Assembly: GCF_006345805.1 (NCBI RefSeq)
Contig: NC_043000.1
Location: 99,634,001-99,698,000, forward strand
Reading direction: 5' to 3'
Source of the DNA: Octopus sinensis
Lineage: Eukaryota
DNA length: 64,000 nt
In this document: positions 63,609 to 64,000 of the stretch, piece after piece
Layout: every line of letters begins with the position of its first letter
Position numbering within the stretch: position 1 is the first letter of the stretch
Position numbers and translations under genes: made by a program
Notes under the pieces: model-generated
The model's database searches: none
What the model saw: only the letters and a program-made list of their open reading frames with translations
Told to the model about the DNA's origin: nothing

Positions 63609-63609
<1 letters not shown>
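63281..63609. mobile_element. Fold-back element (arms 63340-63470 and 63478-63609) with a hammerhead-like U3-A8 motif
   Basis: ~130-bp inverted arms; the left extension matches 27895-27990; (TA)n on both sides. Confidence 0.8.
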
Positions 63610-63646
<37 letters not shown>

Positions 63647-63833
63647 GCATATATCTCTATATATATATATTTTTATATACATCTATGTTTATGCATACAC
63701 ATACACACATATATATGTGTATGGATAAATATATATATATATTTATATACATGCACATATGTATACTTGTATAAATATATATTGAATGAGAGAAACGGAA
63801 AATGGAATTCCTGATAATCTCTATTCATCATAG

Positions 63834-63946
63834 TTCTGATGAATTCCGTTTTCTGTTTCCCTTATTCATTATAAAACTCTATGAACACTGTGGAATTCCT
63901 GAGGTGGATTTAGTGACAGTCATATCAAAACTGCAGATGATATCAG
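63834..63946 (+). CDS. Candidate exon (SDEFRFLFPLFIIKLYEHCGIPEVDLVTVISKLQMIS)
   Basis: tcatcatag acceptor, ATCAG|gtaacc donor, open frame; no homology recognised. Confidence 0.25.
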
Positions 63947-64000
63947 GTAACCTAAATGGTAAAAATGCTTTAATTGTCATACTACTAGGTGTATACTGAA

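Noticed and set aside
37035-63814. Many YI/IY/VC-rich ORFs up to 222 aa
   Set aside because: Translations of (TA)n, (TG)n and (CA)n microsatellites
63860-63951. Minus-strand frame RLPDIICSFDMTVTK resembling the NT5C3 DFDMT motif
   Set aside because: Catalytic Asp absent, stop follows, no supporting exons

Overview
AT-rich eukaryotic genomic DNA, almost certainly an octopus (inferred from the SINE/LINE families and the very long (TA)n tracts). It is dominated by repeats: several tRNA-derived SINE families, RTE and other LINE fragments, Tc1/mariner, hAT- and piggyBac-type MITEs, Helitron-like non-autonomous elements, Penelope-like element (PLE) debris and microsatellites. Nearly all ORFs in the supplied track are microsatellite or low-complexity artefacts. 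No host gene is recognisable; a chain of phase-compatible + strand candidate exons (33054-63946) is listed at low confidence. There is one tRNA-Lys-like pseudogene and a 100-N gap flanked by a probable false duplication. The most interesting signal is three unrelated fold-back elements (42139-42426, 61191-61334, 63340-63609). In each, both arms carry a type I hammerhead-ribozyme fold or a recognisable relic of one, placed head-to-head with the apex just 5' of stem I. Their 3-8 core pair differs: C3-G8, G3-C8 and U3-A8. Further minimal or decayed hammerheads and a PLE GIY-YIG fragment lie in the same window. Structures were read by eye, nothing was computed or searched, and repeat boundaries are approximate.
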